64,000 bases of DNA from Eledone cirrhosa (GCA_964016885.1 OZ024740.1:217062001-217126000); one strand, 5' to 3'. Positions 36,073 through 50,401 are shown, counted from the first letter of the stretch. Numbers and translations are program-made. Notes: generated by a model from the letters alone, not told the origin.

Positions 36073-36291
36073 CCCTTTAGCATTCACATTACTATATAGA
36101 TACTATTATATTTTCATGGTAAAGGGTTTATCTCATATAATTATCTCACATAATATCGAATCTATGAAATTTTGATATTATTTATTGTGAGAACAATACT
36201 TTAATATCATATGAGTGGCTGGTTATGACCAGTTCTTTAGTAAGAGGTGAGACAATTCTGGTCAGATATAGTCGGTTTAAATGCTAAAGGG
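36073..36291. mobile_element. piggyBac-like MITE
   Basis: TTAA then TIR CCCTTTAGCATT / AATGCTAAAGGG; a related copy lies at about 50642-50850. Confidence 0.65.
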
Positions 36292-38233
36292 CTAGAATGG
36301 CTTCTGCAAAAAAAGGAATTACATAAACAGAACATTATAAAAACCATTGATGGTGGTAGTGGCAGTGGTGGTGGTGTCCAGTCAATATGGAAATACATAT
36401 ACTGAAGAAGTAATCTATCTCCTAGAAAGGTTAAATAAACTATAATAAATTTAAGAAATATGTAAATTTTAATGGCTAAACAAGGTAAAAAACTGTAATA
36501 TTTGGTAAAGTTGTATAGTTTTATATCTTCATTACATGTCCCAATAAACAATTATTGGGAAAATGTATTAAATATTTACTTTACAAATTTTTTGTGATAT
36601 CTTCTGGAGATAAGTTGGTAAATAAATTCATTATCAGTCTTTTATTTGACATTTTTTCAATAAAAATAATTTTGTGAAATATATAATTCCTTTGAGTTTT
36701 TTGGGTTGTTTTTTTTTCTGATTAAACTCCAAGCATTTCCTTGCCAGTCTGGTGGTTCTTATGGTTTTCTTAATATTTGAACCTTCTTAGATACATTACA
36801 CTTTCTCTCCATCACCTATTACTATCCCTTTTCATTAATCTGTGTTCCATTTACCATATTTGATGACATATAAGATACACCTCAGTTTGGGCAGCAATTA
36901 AAATACATGTTAGGTGAAGGGTATAAAGTTTGTACATCATAATTCTAGTTATAATAGTTTAGTACATTTTTAAAACATGAGAAAATGAAGATGAATTTAT
37001 TTTATTCGTTATAATTTTTTTTTTTAAATTGAAGTTTTCTTTAGAAAAGAGTTGCTATTGTTGATGTAGAGGTGATCACCACCTTCTTTACATTTGCAGA
37101 GATGTTTGTGGTTTAATTTAAGGGCCAAAGGGCCATTACAGCACTAGGACACCACTAACCAGTAACCCAAACTGACCCTTGACCTTATAAGATGTAGGGT
37201 AATTTTCTGGGTCATTGGGGGGTGTGTGTGTGCAAGTGTGTCTTATAAGTTGTCAAATACAATATTATTGTATTTACATAGTAACTATTCTTGATAAACT
37301 GATTGCTGATGCTGGTCTTACATTCTTTTAAACAGTCAACCACTTTAACATTTTCATTATTTTACATTCACTTTCCATGTTGAAATGGATTGGACACTTA
37401 TTACAAATTTAACATCTAAGTATACAAACACTTACACACACACACATATCTGTAGATAAAACCACATTTCATCATCATCATAACCATTTTTATGTCCACT
37501 TTTACACTTACATAGCAAATATCTACTCACCTTATCTACTGTCTCTCTAGTCTTGAGAGGAAGAGGGAAGTTTACAGTAATGGGCAGGATTTGATTTAGA
37601 CCTTGGAGAACCCAGGACACTTCAGGTTTAGGGTGCCCCTCATATATAAAAAATTAGAATATTTTACATATCAAAGTCAGCTTGGCACAAGTAGTTGGAA
37701 TTGGAAAGTTATATATACAGGTGTTAAATTCAAAAAATTCTAACCATCCTAAAACTAAAAAGCCCATTAAAGGGCACAAATAAATTGCTACGGCGGTCAC
37801 TGGTGAGGATCCTCACTGCAGGGGGCTCTGGGCCATTGCCTCCATTGCCCCTTTTATTCTATGTTTGAGAAATGGGCAAACATCCAAACCCCGTTTATAA
37901 GCCAAAGCAGCTAATCAACATATGTTTAGATGGTGAATATAAGCACCCCCCCCTCCTCCCGTTTTATCTTCAGTGTTTTTGGTTATATATTCCTTGGTTT
38001 ATATTCAAGTATTTACAGTAGTTTACAGAGGTAAGTTGATTTGGTTGGTACTTCTGGAATTGAATGCTTCATACCAGAGATAATATAAAATGTGTCCCCT
38101 ATCACTGATATATTACTTCTATCCACGGTTTTTAGAATAGGTTTGCTGTATCCCAGCATGTCATAAATACTGAGTAAAAGGGTTTACTTTTGAAAGGATG
38201 TCTAACTGTAAAACATTGCATCAAAATATCCTG

Positions 38234-41200
38234 TCTACACCCATGCCTTCATGTAGAATCTACACCCATGCCTTCATGTAGAATCTACACCCATGCCTTC
38301 ATGTAGAATCTACACCCATGCCTTCATGTAGAATCTACACCCATGCCTTCATGTAGAATCTACACCCATGCCACCATGTAGAATCTACACCCATGCCTTC
38401 ATGTAGAATCTACACCCATGCCTTCATGTAGAATCTACACCCATGCCTTCATGTAGAATCTACACCCATGCCTTCATGTAGGATCTACACCCATGCCTTC
38501 ATGTAGAATCTACACCCATGCCTTCATGTAGAATCTACACCCATGCCACCATGTAGAATCTACACTCTTGCCTTCATGTAGAATCTACACCCATGCCTTC
38601 ATGTAGAATCTACACCCATGCCTTCATGTAGAATCTACACCCATGCCTTCATGTAGAATCTACACCCATGCCTTCATGTAGAATCTACACTCTTGCCTTC
38701 ATGTAGAATCTACACTCTTGCCTTCATGTAGAATCTACACCCATGCCTTCATGTAGAATCTACACCCATGCTTTCATGTAGAATCTACACCCATGCCTTC
38801 ATGTAGATTCTACACTCTTGCCTTCATGTAGAATCTACACCCATGCCTTCATGTAGAATCTACACCCATGACTTCATGTAGAATCTACACTCTTGCCTTC
38901 ATGTAGAATCTACACCCATGCCTTCATGTAGAATCTACACCCATGCCTTCATGTAGAATCTACACCCATGCCTTCATGTAGAATCTACACCCATGCCTTC
39001 ATGTAGAATCTACACCCATGCCACCATGTAGAATCTACACTCTTGCCTTCATGTAGAATCTACACCCATGCCTTCATGTAGAATCTACACCCATGCCTTC
39101 ATGTAGAATCTACACACATGCCTTCATGTAGAATCTACACTCTTGCCTTCATGTAGAATCTACACTCTTGCCTTCATGTAGAATCTATACCCATGCCTTC
39201 ATGTAGAATCTACACCCATGCCTTCATGTAGAATCTACACCCATGCCTTCATGTAGAATCTACACTCTTGCCTTCATGTAGAATCTACACTCTTGCCTTC
39301 ATGTAGAATCTACACTCTTGCCTTCATGTAGAATCTACACCCATGCCTTCATGTAGAATCTACACCCATGCCTTCATGTAGAATCTACACCCATGCCTTC
39401 ATGTAGAATCTACACCCATGCCTTCATGTAGAATCTACACCCATGCCTTCATGTAGAATCTACACCCATGCCTTCATGTAGATTCTACACTCTTGCCAGC
39501 ATGTAGAATCTACACCCATGCCTTCATGTAGAATCTACACGCATGCCTTCATGTAGAATCTACACTCTTGCCTTCATGTAGAATCTACACTCTTGCCTTC
39601 ATGTAGAATCTACACCCATGCCTTCATGTAGAATCTACACCCATGCCTTCATGTAGAATCTACACCCATGCCTTCATGTAGAATCTACACCCATGCCACC
39701 ATGTAGAATCTACACTCTTGCCTTCATGTAGAATCTACACCCATGCCTTCATGTAGAATCTACACCCATGCCTTCATGTAGAATCTACACACATACCTTC
39801 ATCTAGAATCTACACTCTTGCCTTCATGTAGAATCTATACCCATGCCTTCATGTAGAATCTACACTCTTGCCTTCATGTAGAATCTACACTCTTGCCTTC
39901 ATGTAGAATCTATACCCATGCCTTCATGTAGAATCTACACCCATGCCTTCATGTAGAATCTACACTCTTGCCTTCATGTAGAATCTACACTCTTGCCTTC
40001 ATGTAGAATCTACACTCTTGCCTTCATGTAGAATCTACACCCATGCCTTCATGTAGAATCTACACCCATGCCTTCATGTAGAATCTACACCCATGCCTTC
40101 ATGTAGAATCTACACCCATGCCTTCATGTAGATTCTACACTCTTGCCAGCATGTAGAATCTACACCCATGCCAGCATGTAGAATCTACACCCATGCCTTC
40201 ATGTAGAATCTACACCCATGCGTTCATGTAGAATCTACACCCATGCCTTCATGTAGAATCTACACCCATGCCTTCATGTAGAATCTACACCCATGCCACC
40301 ATGTAGAATCTACACTCTTGCCTTCATGTAGAATCTACACCCATGCCTTCATGTAGAATCTACACCCATGCCTTCATGTAGAATCTACACACATGCCTTC
40401 ATGTAGAATCTACACTCTTGCCTTCATGTAGAATCTATACCCATGCCTTCATGTAGAATCTACACTCTTGCCTTCATGTAGAATCTACACTCTTGCCTTC
40501 ATGTAGAATCTATACCCATGCCTTCATGTAGAATCTACACCCATGCCTTCATGTAGAATCTACACTCTTGCCTTCATGTAGAATCTACACTCTTGCCTTC
40601 ATGTAGAATCTACACTCTTGCCTTCATGTAGAATCTACACCCATGCCTTCATGTAGAATCTACACCCATGCCTTCATGTAGAATCTACACCCATGCCTTC
40701 ATGTAGAATCTACACCCATGCCTTCATGTAGATTCTACACTCTTGCCAGCATGTAGAATCTACACCCATGCCAGCATGTAGAATCTACACCCATGCCTTC
40801 ATGTAGAATCTACACCCATGCCTTCATGTAGAATCTACACCCATGCGTTCATGTAGAATCTACACCCATGCCTTCATGTAGAATCTACACCCATGCCTTC
40901 ATGTAGAATCTACACCCATGCCTTCATGTAGATTCTACACTCTTGCCAGCATGTAGAATCTACACCCATGCCTTCATGTAGAATCTACACGCATGCCTTC
41001 ATGTAGAATCTACACTCTTGCCTTCATGTAGAATCTACACTCTTGCCTTCATGTAGAATCTACACCCATGCCTTCATGTAGAATCTACACCCATGCCTTC
41101 ATGTAGAATCTACACCCATGCCTTCATGTAGAATCTACACCCATGCCTTCATGTAGAATCTACACCCATGCCTTCATGTAGAATCTACACCCATGCCACC

Positions 41201-42537
41201 ATGTAGAATCTAGACTCTTGCCTTCATGTAGAATCTACACCCATGCCTTCATGTTGAATCTACACCCATGCCTTCATGTAGAATCTACACCCATGCCTTC
41301 ATGTAGAATCTACACTCTTGCCTTCATGTAGAATCTACACTCTTGCCTTCATGTAGAATCTACACCCATGCCTTCATGTAGAATCTACACCCATGCCTTC
41401 ATGTAGAATCTACACCCATGCCTTCATGTAGAATCTACACCCATGCCTTCATGTAGAATCTACACCCATGCCTTCATGTAGAATCTACACCCATGCGTTC
41501 ATGTAGAATCTACACCCATGCCTTCATGTAGAATCTACACCCATGCCTTCATGTAGAATCTACACCCATGCCTTCATGTAGATTCTACACTCTTGCCAGC
41601 ATGTAGAATCTACACCCATGCCTTCATGTAGAATCTACACGCATGCCTTCATGTAGAATCTACACTCTTGCCTTCATGTAGAATCTACACTCTTGCCTTC
41701 ATGTAGAATCTACACCCATGCCTTCATTTAGAATCTACACCCATGCCTTCATGTAGAATCTACACCCATGCCTTCATGTAGAATCTACACTCTTGCCTTC
41801 ATGTAGAATCTACACTCTTGCCTTCATGTAGAATCTACACCCATGCCTTCATGTAGAATCTACACCCATGCCACCATGTAGAATCTACACTCTTGCCTTC
41901 ATGTAGAATCTACACCCATGCCTTCATGTTGAATCTACACTCTTGCCTTCATGTAGAATCTACACTCTTGCCTTCATGTAGAATCTACACCCATGCCTTC
42001 ATGTAGAATCTACACCCATGCCTTCATGTAGAATCTACACCCATGCCTTCATGTAGAATCTACACTCTTGCCTTCATGTAGAATCTACAATCTTGCCTTC
42101 ATGTAGAATCTACAATCTTGCCTTCATGTAGAATCTACACCCATGCCTTCATGTAGAATCTACACCCATGCCTTCCTGTAGAATCTACACCCATGCCTTC
42201 GTGTAGAATCTACACTCTTGCCTTCATGTAGAATCTACACCCATGCCTTCATGTAGAATCTTCACCCATGCCAGCATGTAGAATCTACACCCATGCCTTC
42301 CTGTAGAATCTACACCCATGCCTTCATGTAGAATCTACACCCATGCCTTCATGTAGAATCTACACCCATGCCTTCATGTAGAATCTACACCCATGCCTTC
42401 ATGTAGAATCTACACCCATGCCAGCATGTAGAATCTACACCCATGCCTTCATGTAGAATCTACACCCATGCCAGCATGTAGAATCTACACCCATGCCTTC
42501 CTGTAGAATCTACACCCATGCCATCATGTAGAATCTA
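38234..42537. repeat. 25-bp minisatellite (TACACCCATGCCTTCATGTAGAATC)n, about 172 units
   Basis: Unit read directly; period 25. Confidence 0.98.
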
Positions 42538-43407
42538 ATATAATGATTATAAAGCCCTATTATTGATATTGGTATTGCTGAACACTGATTGTCTTAATTA
42601 GAAATTACATATGTACAATAAAAATAATAATAACATTATATATAGCCTACTAAATTAAAGACAACTGAATTACTTGAAAGTAGAAGTTTCAAATTCAACA
42701 TAAATTAGACATTATTGAATGTGCACTTTCTAATGAAGTATTTGTTAGTATTCATTGTCTCCTAAAAACTGTTATCAGTTAAGATAAAGAAATAAAGATA
42801 AACAAAAGTTCCTCCTTTTCTTTCAAATAATTGTTTTCTTCCATCAGTAAATATTTTTACTTCTTAAATTCTATGAGAAATAGGTTTCACTATATTTTTC
42901 TTTGTTTTATTGTGGGTTTTTTTGTTGTTTTTTTTATAATTCTGAAGTGAAATATGATATATTTTCCTTTTTAAAACAACTTTTTGCTATTTAACATCCA
43001 TTGCCCATTCTTAACATTAATAGAATTTTTAACATTATTAGGAGATTTGGTTAATTGTAAATGGTTTTGAAGTTGAAGGGGCTGTCTGTACTGTCAGACA
43101 CTATCAATTCTGAAAGCTGAATGTTGTAGTTACCCAGGCAAACTGAAGCAAGTAGAGCAATGTATCTTGTCATTCACAAGGAATGATACAATATCTGGAT
43201 TTGGCTTTCAATTAATGGCTGTGTGACTATATAGTGCCATCATCACCAACTTTAACTTTATAATACTTTATATTATTTTATTTAATACTGATTTATACAT
43301 GTTTAGAGCCCCTTTGTTGTCAGGCAAGATCCACCATTGAAGTCTCTCAGTTTATAAGTTAATAAATTATATATAAAATACTGTTTCCATACATTAAATT
43401 CTGCAAT

Positions 43408-43605
43408 TACTGTATATACTTGAATATAAGCCAAGGAATATGTAACCAAAATATCGATGGTAGAAGGGTCGGGGTTGGTTTATATTCAGGGTCAATATTT
43501 TGATGATTTTCACTAACTTCAAATTCTGTGATAATATAGTTTGAGTTTTTGCCCATTTTTCAGACATAAAATAGTGGTTCATCTTATATTTGAGTATATA
43601 CAGTA
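43408..43605. mobile_element. Tc2/pogo-like MITE
   Basis: TIRs TACTGTATATACTTGAATATAAG / CTTATATTTGAGTATATACAGTA; related copies at about 46647-46839 and 37862-38020 (minus). Confidence 0.75.
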
Positions 43606-43723
43606 TATTGAAATGTTCGCATATCAAGGCTAATGTTAATATACTAATTAAAAGTATTACTGTTGCTCTGTACATAATATTTAAGGGTCACACAGTAAAA
43701 GATCTTCATTTTCTATTTTACCA

Positions 43724-44440
43724 TCTGTGCTCTGCCTTTAGGCAAAACACTGAAATACCACCTGATCTGTGCTCTACATGAGACACTGAAATACCACCTG
43801 ATCTGTGCTCTACATGAGACACTGAAATACCACCTGATCTGTGCTCTACAGGAGACTCTGAAATACCACCACTCTGTGCTCTACATGAGACACTGAAATA
43901 CCACCTCATCTGTGCTCTACATGAGACACTGAAATACCACCTCATCTGTGCTCTACATGAGACACTGAAATACCACCTCATCTGTGCTCTACACGAGACT
44001 CTGAAATACCACCTGTCTGTGCTCTACATGAGACACTGAAATACCACCTGTCTGTGCTCTACATGAGACACTGAAATACCACCTGTCTGTGCTCTACAGG
44101 AGACACTGAAATACCACCTGATCTGTGCTCTACATGAGACACTGAAATATAACCTGATCTGTGCTCTACAGGAGACACTGAAATATAACCTGATCTGTGC
44201 TCTACATGAGACACTGAAATACCACCTGATCTGTGCTCTACATGAGACACTGAAATATAACCTGATCTGTGCTCTACAGGAGACACTGAAATATAACCTG
44301 ATCTGTGCTCTACATGAGACACTGAAATACCACCTCATCTGTGCTCTATAAGAGACACTGAAATATAACCTGATCTGTGCTCTACATGAGACACTGAAAT
44401 ACCACCTCATCTGTGCTCTACATGAGACACTGAAATACCA
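43724..44440. repeat. 35/36-bp minisatellite (TCTGTGCTCTACATGAGACACTGAAATACCACCTGA)n, about 20 units
   Basis: Unit read directly. Confidence 0.96.
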
Positions 44441-44952
44441 ACTAATCTAGCAGGAAAGCTAATACAGAACACAAAGAATCAATTTAATAACAATTACATC
44501 TTACACAAGAAAGAACATCCATTGACTGGTTAAAAATCACATGGCATGTGGGGGCCCATGGGTGCTTTTAGCAGAACCCACTCTGTTGCCTATGGGTACC
44601 TTTAACAGACTCCACTCTGTTGCCTATGGGTGCCTTTAGCAGACTCTACTCTGTTACAAGAATTGAGATCAGGTTTGTTTGATGACACCTCCCTCTAGCC
44701 CTTCCACCAGTCTCGGATGCCCTGAAAAAGATCATCAACACTGATCTTCTTCCTAAATAACCAAGAAAATCTATTTAAAAAATATAACATTGATTTAAGT
44801 AAACACAGAAATATTTATATTTTAATGTCTTTACAGTTAAACATACCTATATATAGACATATTCAATAGATAGACTATGTTTGCATGTGTTTATGTGTAT
44901 GTATAAACACACATATTTGTGTGTGTATATATATATATATATATAAATATAT

Positions 44953-45472
44953 AGTTTAGGGAGCTGCTTCCTCTGCTGACGAAGAAAGGTTTCTTCCTGC
45001 ATATGAAAGGCTGGTTATATGATGCCTGTGTGAGGAGCGCGATGCTGCAAGGTAGTGAGACATGGGCAGCAACTGCAGAGGATATGCGATGGCTGGAGAG
45101 AAATGAGGCAAGCATGCTCCGTTGGATGTGTAATGTCAATGTGCGTGAACGACCCACCATGGATGTGTTGAGAGAGAAACTGTGTCTGAGAGGGATAGAA
45201 TGTAGTGTGCGGGAGAGGAGACTGCGGTGGTATGGACATGTGATGCACATGGAGGATAACCGATAGGTGAAGAAGTGCCAGGAAATGCCAGTTGAAGGAA
45301 GACGTGGTAGAGGTAGACCACGAAAAACAAGGGCGGAGGTGGTGAGAACAGACCTCAGATTGCTGAAGCTCACAGTGGAGATGACGAAGGACCGTGACGA
45401 GTGGCGAGATGCTGTGCTGAATAAGACCCGTCCCACCCTTGCAAGCAGGGAAAAGCGGACGTAAAATGATGA

Positions 45473-45477
<5 letters not shown>
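44953..45477 (+). mobile_element. RTE-clade LINE family B, 3' fragment with internal stop
   Basis: FRELLPLL...GSETW...RRLRWYGHV...GRPRKT...RPTLASREKRT*, followed immediately by a (GAT)n tail. Confidence 0.92.
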
Positions 45478-45500
<23 letters not shown>

Positions 45501-45505
<5 letters not shown>

Positions 45506-45700
45506 AGTCAGCTGAAAAGTTCATAGGCTGACCAAGCTACTCTCATGGAATGACTAAATGAGGTTTATTTTTCAACATAGTTCCTAGAAAGAAACAATGC
45601 AGTTATTAACAAGAAGAGTGTTAATAATGAATGCAAGATTTCACAGCTTTAGCATGGCTCCTTCATAGTCAGCCTATGAACTTTCCAGTCGACTCTCATA
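45501..45700. mobile_element. Mariner-type MITE, about 200 bp
   Basis: TIRs GAGTCAGCTGAAAAGTTCATAGGCTGAC / GTCAGCCTATGAACTTTCCAGTCGACTC; a partial copy lies near 10228-10330. Confidence 0.75.
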
Positions 45701-45889
45701 TACATAGACTTGAGTGGTTGAATAGGTGCAGACATGGCTGTGTGGTTAAGGAGTTCACTTTGTAGCCACATGATTTCAGAGTTCATTCCCACTGCATAGA
45801 ACCTTGGTCATCTGCTAGTAACAGATTTGTAATTAATCCTTAGCCTTTTCATTATCATATTTCTTACTCAAGATATTATGTATGATTAA

Positions 45890-46235
45890 CACCCATGAAC
45901 ATGCTTACAATATCAAGAAACAGTACAGCTCTCTTTCAGAAACATTTTTTCTCGCTCAGAATTGCTGAAGCATGGAACAAACTACCTACATCAGTTGTTA
46001 GCTGCCAGGACACTGCATCCTTCAAAACTTCCATACTTCCTGAAATTTGCCAACACTACACCTGATATTCCCCCCTCCAAACACATTGATGCATGTGTGT
46101 GTGTCTGTGTGTATATCATGACCCATACACTGTTCACTTTCCTGACATTTGTACATTATTCTATGTACTATACATGTCCCTTTGATGAGTTGAAGTGCAC
46201 TTGAGCACTGTACACAATAATTTTCATTATTATTA
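45890..46235 (+). mobile_element. CR1-like LINE 3' end with (ATT)n tail
   Basis: FFSLRIAEAWNKLPTSVVSCQDTASFKTS resembles the CR1 consensus FFxxRxxxxWNxLPxxVVxxxxxxxFK. Confidence 0.72.
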
Positions 46236-46241
46236 TAACAG

Positions 46242-46580
46242 AGGGCGGTGGATTGGCAGAGTTGGTAGAGGGTTGGACATGCTTTCCAGCATAGTTACGT
46301 CCCTTTACGATCTGAGTTCAAATCCCGCCAAGGTGTACTTTGCCTTTCATCCTTACGAAGTCGATAAAATAAAGTACCAGTAATGTACTAGGTAATTGCT
46401 GGCCTTGTGCCGAAAGTAGAAACAATTATTATTATAACAGTTACGGCCCTTTATGGTCTGGGTTCAAATTCCGCCAAGATTAACTTTGCCTTACAGGGCC
46501 AATAAAATAAAGCACCAGTAATACACTGGGATAATTGCTGGCCTTGTGCCAAAAGTAGAAACAATTATTATTATTATTAT
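46242..46580 (+). mobile_element. SINE family 2: full copy with 16-bp TSD plus an adjacent 5'-truncated copy
   Basis: TSD ATTATTATTATAACAG at 46226-46241 and 46425-46440; B-box-like GAGTTCAAATCCC. Confidence 0.85.
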
Positions 46581-47721
46581 AAATTAATTTTGAAAGGATT
46601 TGTAATATAAAAGAAAATGAAAACAAAAAGCATTGATTTAAAACAGACCGTGTAGACTTGAATATAAACCGTGGAATATCTGACCAAAAAATCAATGGAA
46701 GAAGGGGTTGGATTATATTCAGGGTGAATATTTTGACAATTTTTATTAATTTTAAATCCTACAAAAATAAGGTTTGGATTTTTGCCCATTTCTCACACAT
46801 AAAATAGTGGGGTTAGATTATATTCAAATACATATGGTAGTTATTCTAAATTATGTTAACTTAAAGTATGTTGTAGTAGATTCTTTTAACCCTTTCATTA
46901 CAATATTTATTTTTTCTAATCAAAGAGACTGCTGATGATTTTCAAATCATTTTGAAAATTGGCAAGAACATGGAGGGATTTAGTAATACAACAAAATTTC
47001 TCATTATTAAGCTGGGAACATAATAAAGGTTCTTACATAAAATTACGATGGAAGGTTTTTAGATAAATATAAACTCTATAAAACAAACAGTTTTTGTATC
47101 ATAGAATCAGAGATGGTTTCAGGGGGCTTCAGTGGTGTATTGCTGGGGGTGCTGTTGCACCCCACCCCTCACCCCCACCCAAGATTGTTGTCAGATAATT
47201 TAATCATTTATGTCAGAAATTTAGTCATTTTTGTCGGAAATTTACTCATTTTTGTCGGAAAAATTATAAATGTCTGCACCCCTCAAAATGATCTTATGGG
47301 TGGCTTTATATTAAAGGGGTCAAATTTTAATTATTAGTCAAATAATTTATATTTGGAGGAATGTTCCACTGGAATTTTTAAAAAAATAAACAATAGAAAG
47401 AAAATAATGCTAGTTGCAAGATTATGCAAATTTCTGTATTTTCTGAACAATTTCATAAATGCAAGAATTTGCAATTGATTCGAAAACAAATTTGAAAAAT
47501 ATTAATAGATTTAAAAATAAAAATCTACTGATACTTCAAAGAGGATAAAATGATGATAGACAAGAGATAGGTATTCTTTACATTTTTACATGATGAATAT
47601 GTAACTACTTTTATAACTATTTTATTTTATATTTCTTTAAGATATATATGTATATATATATATATTTCATGTTTTATATTCATTTTTTTTCCTTTGTTCC
47701 TGCCATTGATCTTCAATATAG

Positions 47722-47799
47722 CTTATACGGGAAAAAGATCTTTTGCAAGCAATGATGCAGCACTTACACATGAAACCACAAGTAGATAAATCAGATATT
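47722..47799 (+). CDS. FoxP: FoxP coding exon D (LIREKDLLQAMMQHLHMKPQVDKSDI), end of leucine zipper, 78 nt, phase 0-0
   Basis: Acceptor after a pyrimidine tract ...caatatAG, donor ATT|GTAAGT. LQAMMxHLHM matches FOXP LSKERERLQAMMTHLHM. Confidence 0.95.
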
Positions 47800-48864
47800 G
47801 TAAGTATTGTTCTTCTCATTTTTCTGCTCATTCACTCATGTTACTAATTACATGCACAAGCTTACACACACACACACATGCATTGTACACACACACACAT
47901 GAATGCACACATACACACACATGCACATACATTCTCACATATATACATTCACACATGCATGCGTACACAAACATGAGTACACATACATATTCTCAAACAT
48001 GCACACACTCACACTCACACTCACTCTCACATGGAAATATATATACATATATATATATATATACACTCAGGTATTTGGGAATTATACATGCTTCTTTACC
48101 GTAATACACACCCATATACACATTTCCAATAGATATGCTGTGTGTGTGTATATATATACATATGTGTGTGTGTGTATATATATATTATATATTTATATGT
48201 ATTCAAAATTGTAAGAAAGCCAAGGAATTATTATTTATTCTCTACGAACGTTTCAATGCAGCTAAAACATCGCATCCACCTGCAGAGAAACTGGAAGTTA
48301 TTAGTTAACAATTATCTCCATTATGGGTGCTTCATCTCCCAGCTGTATATCTTTAGGAAATATACAGAACAAAATAACAATAATTAATATCATAAGACAA
48401 ATATCAAGAAAATGAAAGGATTCGAAGTATGGAATGTTTAGACAGGCAGTTAGATTTCAAGAGCAAATTTAGCATAAGCTTGTACAAGGGTTTTTTCAAA
48501 CATACAAATTTATAAATTTATCTGTGCTTTTTTTTTTCAGGAAAAAGTATATTAAAACTAGGAATTGGTTACAGTAGGAGCTGTTAAAGACTTTATAAAG
48601 TTAGGGTAGTTTGTTGAGATATTTATAAGAGAGAGATTTGAAAATATTTAGTAAACTTTGGCGATGTCATCGGGTGTAGACTGCAAAGATTAGGTAATCA
48701 ATAACATGATTACAGCAAACAGAGAATAGATTGATTTGGAGAGAGTCCCCCATTTAGTGTTATTGTGACAAACCTCTGAATGTGTGCCAAATGTTCTTAC
48801 AAGTTATATATATTACATTGACAGAAATACTCCATGTTAGCATGGAAAGGAATGATAAAACAAC

Positions 48865-48896
<32 letters not shown>

Positions 48897-50118
48897 TGGG
48901 GATGGGGTATGTATACATGCACACGTGTAGGATGGAGTAATGGAGACACAAAATAACAAATTAGTCACTGAGGAGGTCACAAGATTTGTGATGAAAGAGC
49001 TTTGACAATAAACAAACTATCCAGTTAAACCAACCAACTGGAAATTTGTAATAAATTGAAGTGAAATCCAACAGGTGTATGTGTTTCTATTGGCAACATG
49101 ACCCGCCCAAAGTATATATATATATATATATATATATATAATGTGTGTGTGTGTATATATATATAAATACTTAGACACACACACACACTATGAATATATT
49201 ATATAAACATATACGCTGCTTAATACTGCATATGAATATGTCTGTGTGGAGGAGGGGTCATGTAAATGTATAAATGTTATTGCATTGACAGAAATAGAAA
49301 GCTATAAGTATTATGTTCATAAAAGTTGAAATGAAACAAAGATCTATACAACAACAAAAACAAACAATAAAATAAAACAAAAAGCCTGGTAATACAATGA
49401 GTGATTCTAGTTATTGACATGGTTGGAACTATATATAATGTGAGATTTTATGGCTGTAAATCAACAAAAAATGTCTTTGATGTCTACTGAGAAATGTACT
49501 TCTAATTATGACCTTGTTGATTGGATGTTCGAAATTATTTTTTTATGTGGAGAGATTTGATGAAATTGTGTGTGGGAAATATCAGAGAATTTCTCTTGTT
49601 TTATACCTTCTTCTTCGCCCACTTATTCCTGAGAGGTCCGGGAGGGGGGTCCTCTTTTATATTCTACTCAAAATATTTCACTGTTTGTTTATATATAATT
49701 CTTTGTAGAGATAAATCTGTGTGTGACATTTTACTCTTGTTTTGTTTCTCTCTACATGTATGTGGGTGTAATATACTTTGGATATGTGTGTGTGTGTGTG
49801 GCCATGATGTACTTTGTATGTGTGTTTGTGTCAACATATATGTGTCTGTGTGGTACACTTTGTGGGATATTTTGTGTACGTATTTATAATATGCAGTGTT
49901 TATGTCTGTGTATGTGTACTCATGTAATATACTTTGTGATATATTTTGTATGTCTGTGTAATATACAGTGTTTGTGTGTGTGTATGTTTAAGGTATATAC
50001 AGTGTTTTCTGAGTATGTGTATTTATGTAAGTAAATATGTATGCATATATATGTCTAACTTCTTAACACTATTTCCCTCTCACCACAACATCTGTGAATC
50101 ACCAATCAATTATTATAG

Positions 50119-50173
<55 letters not shown>

Positions 50174-50369
50174 TACATATATATATATATATTAAGATAT
50201 ATATGCATATATAGATATTTAGATATATATAATACTTAATTTTACAAAACTCTATATTTCTTTCAATTGGGTGTAAGGTTAAATTTTAGTCTGGCAGGAA
50301 AATATAAATATGAATTGACCCTAGTATCTGTTGTGTAACTGTTAATGTCTGTCTGCATGTGTGTGTGTA

Positions 50370-50401
<32 letters not shown>

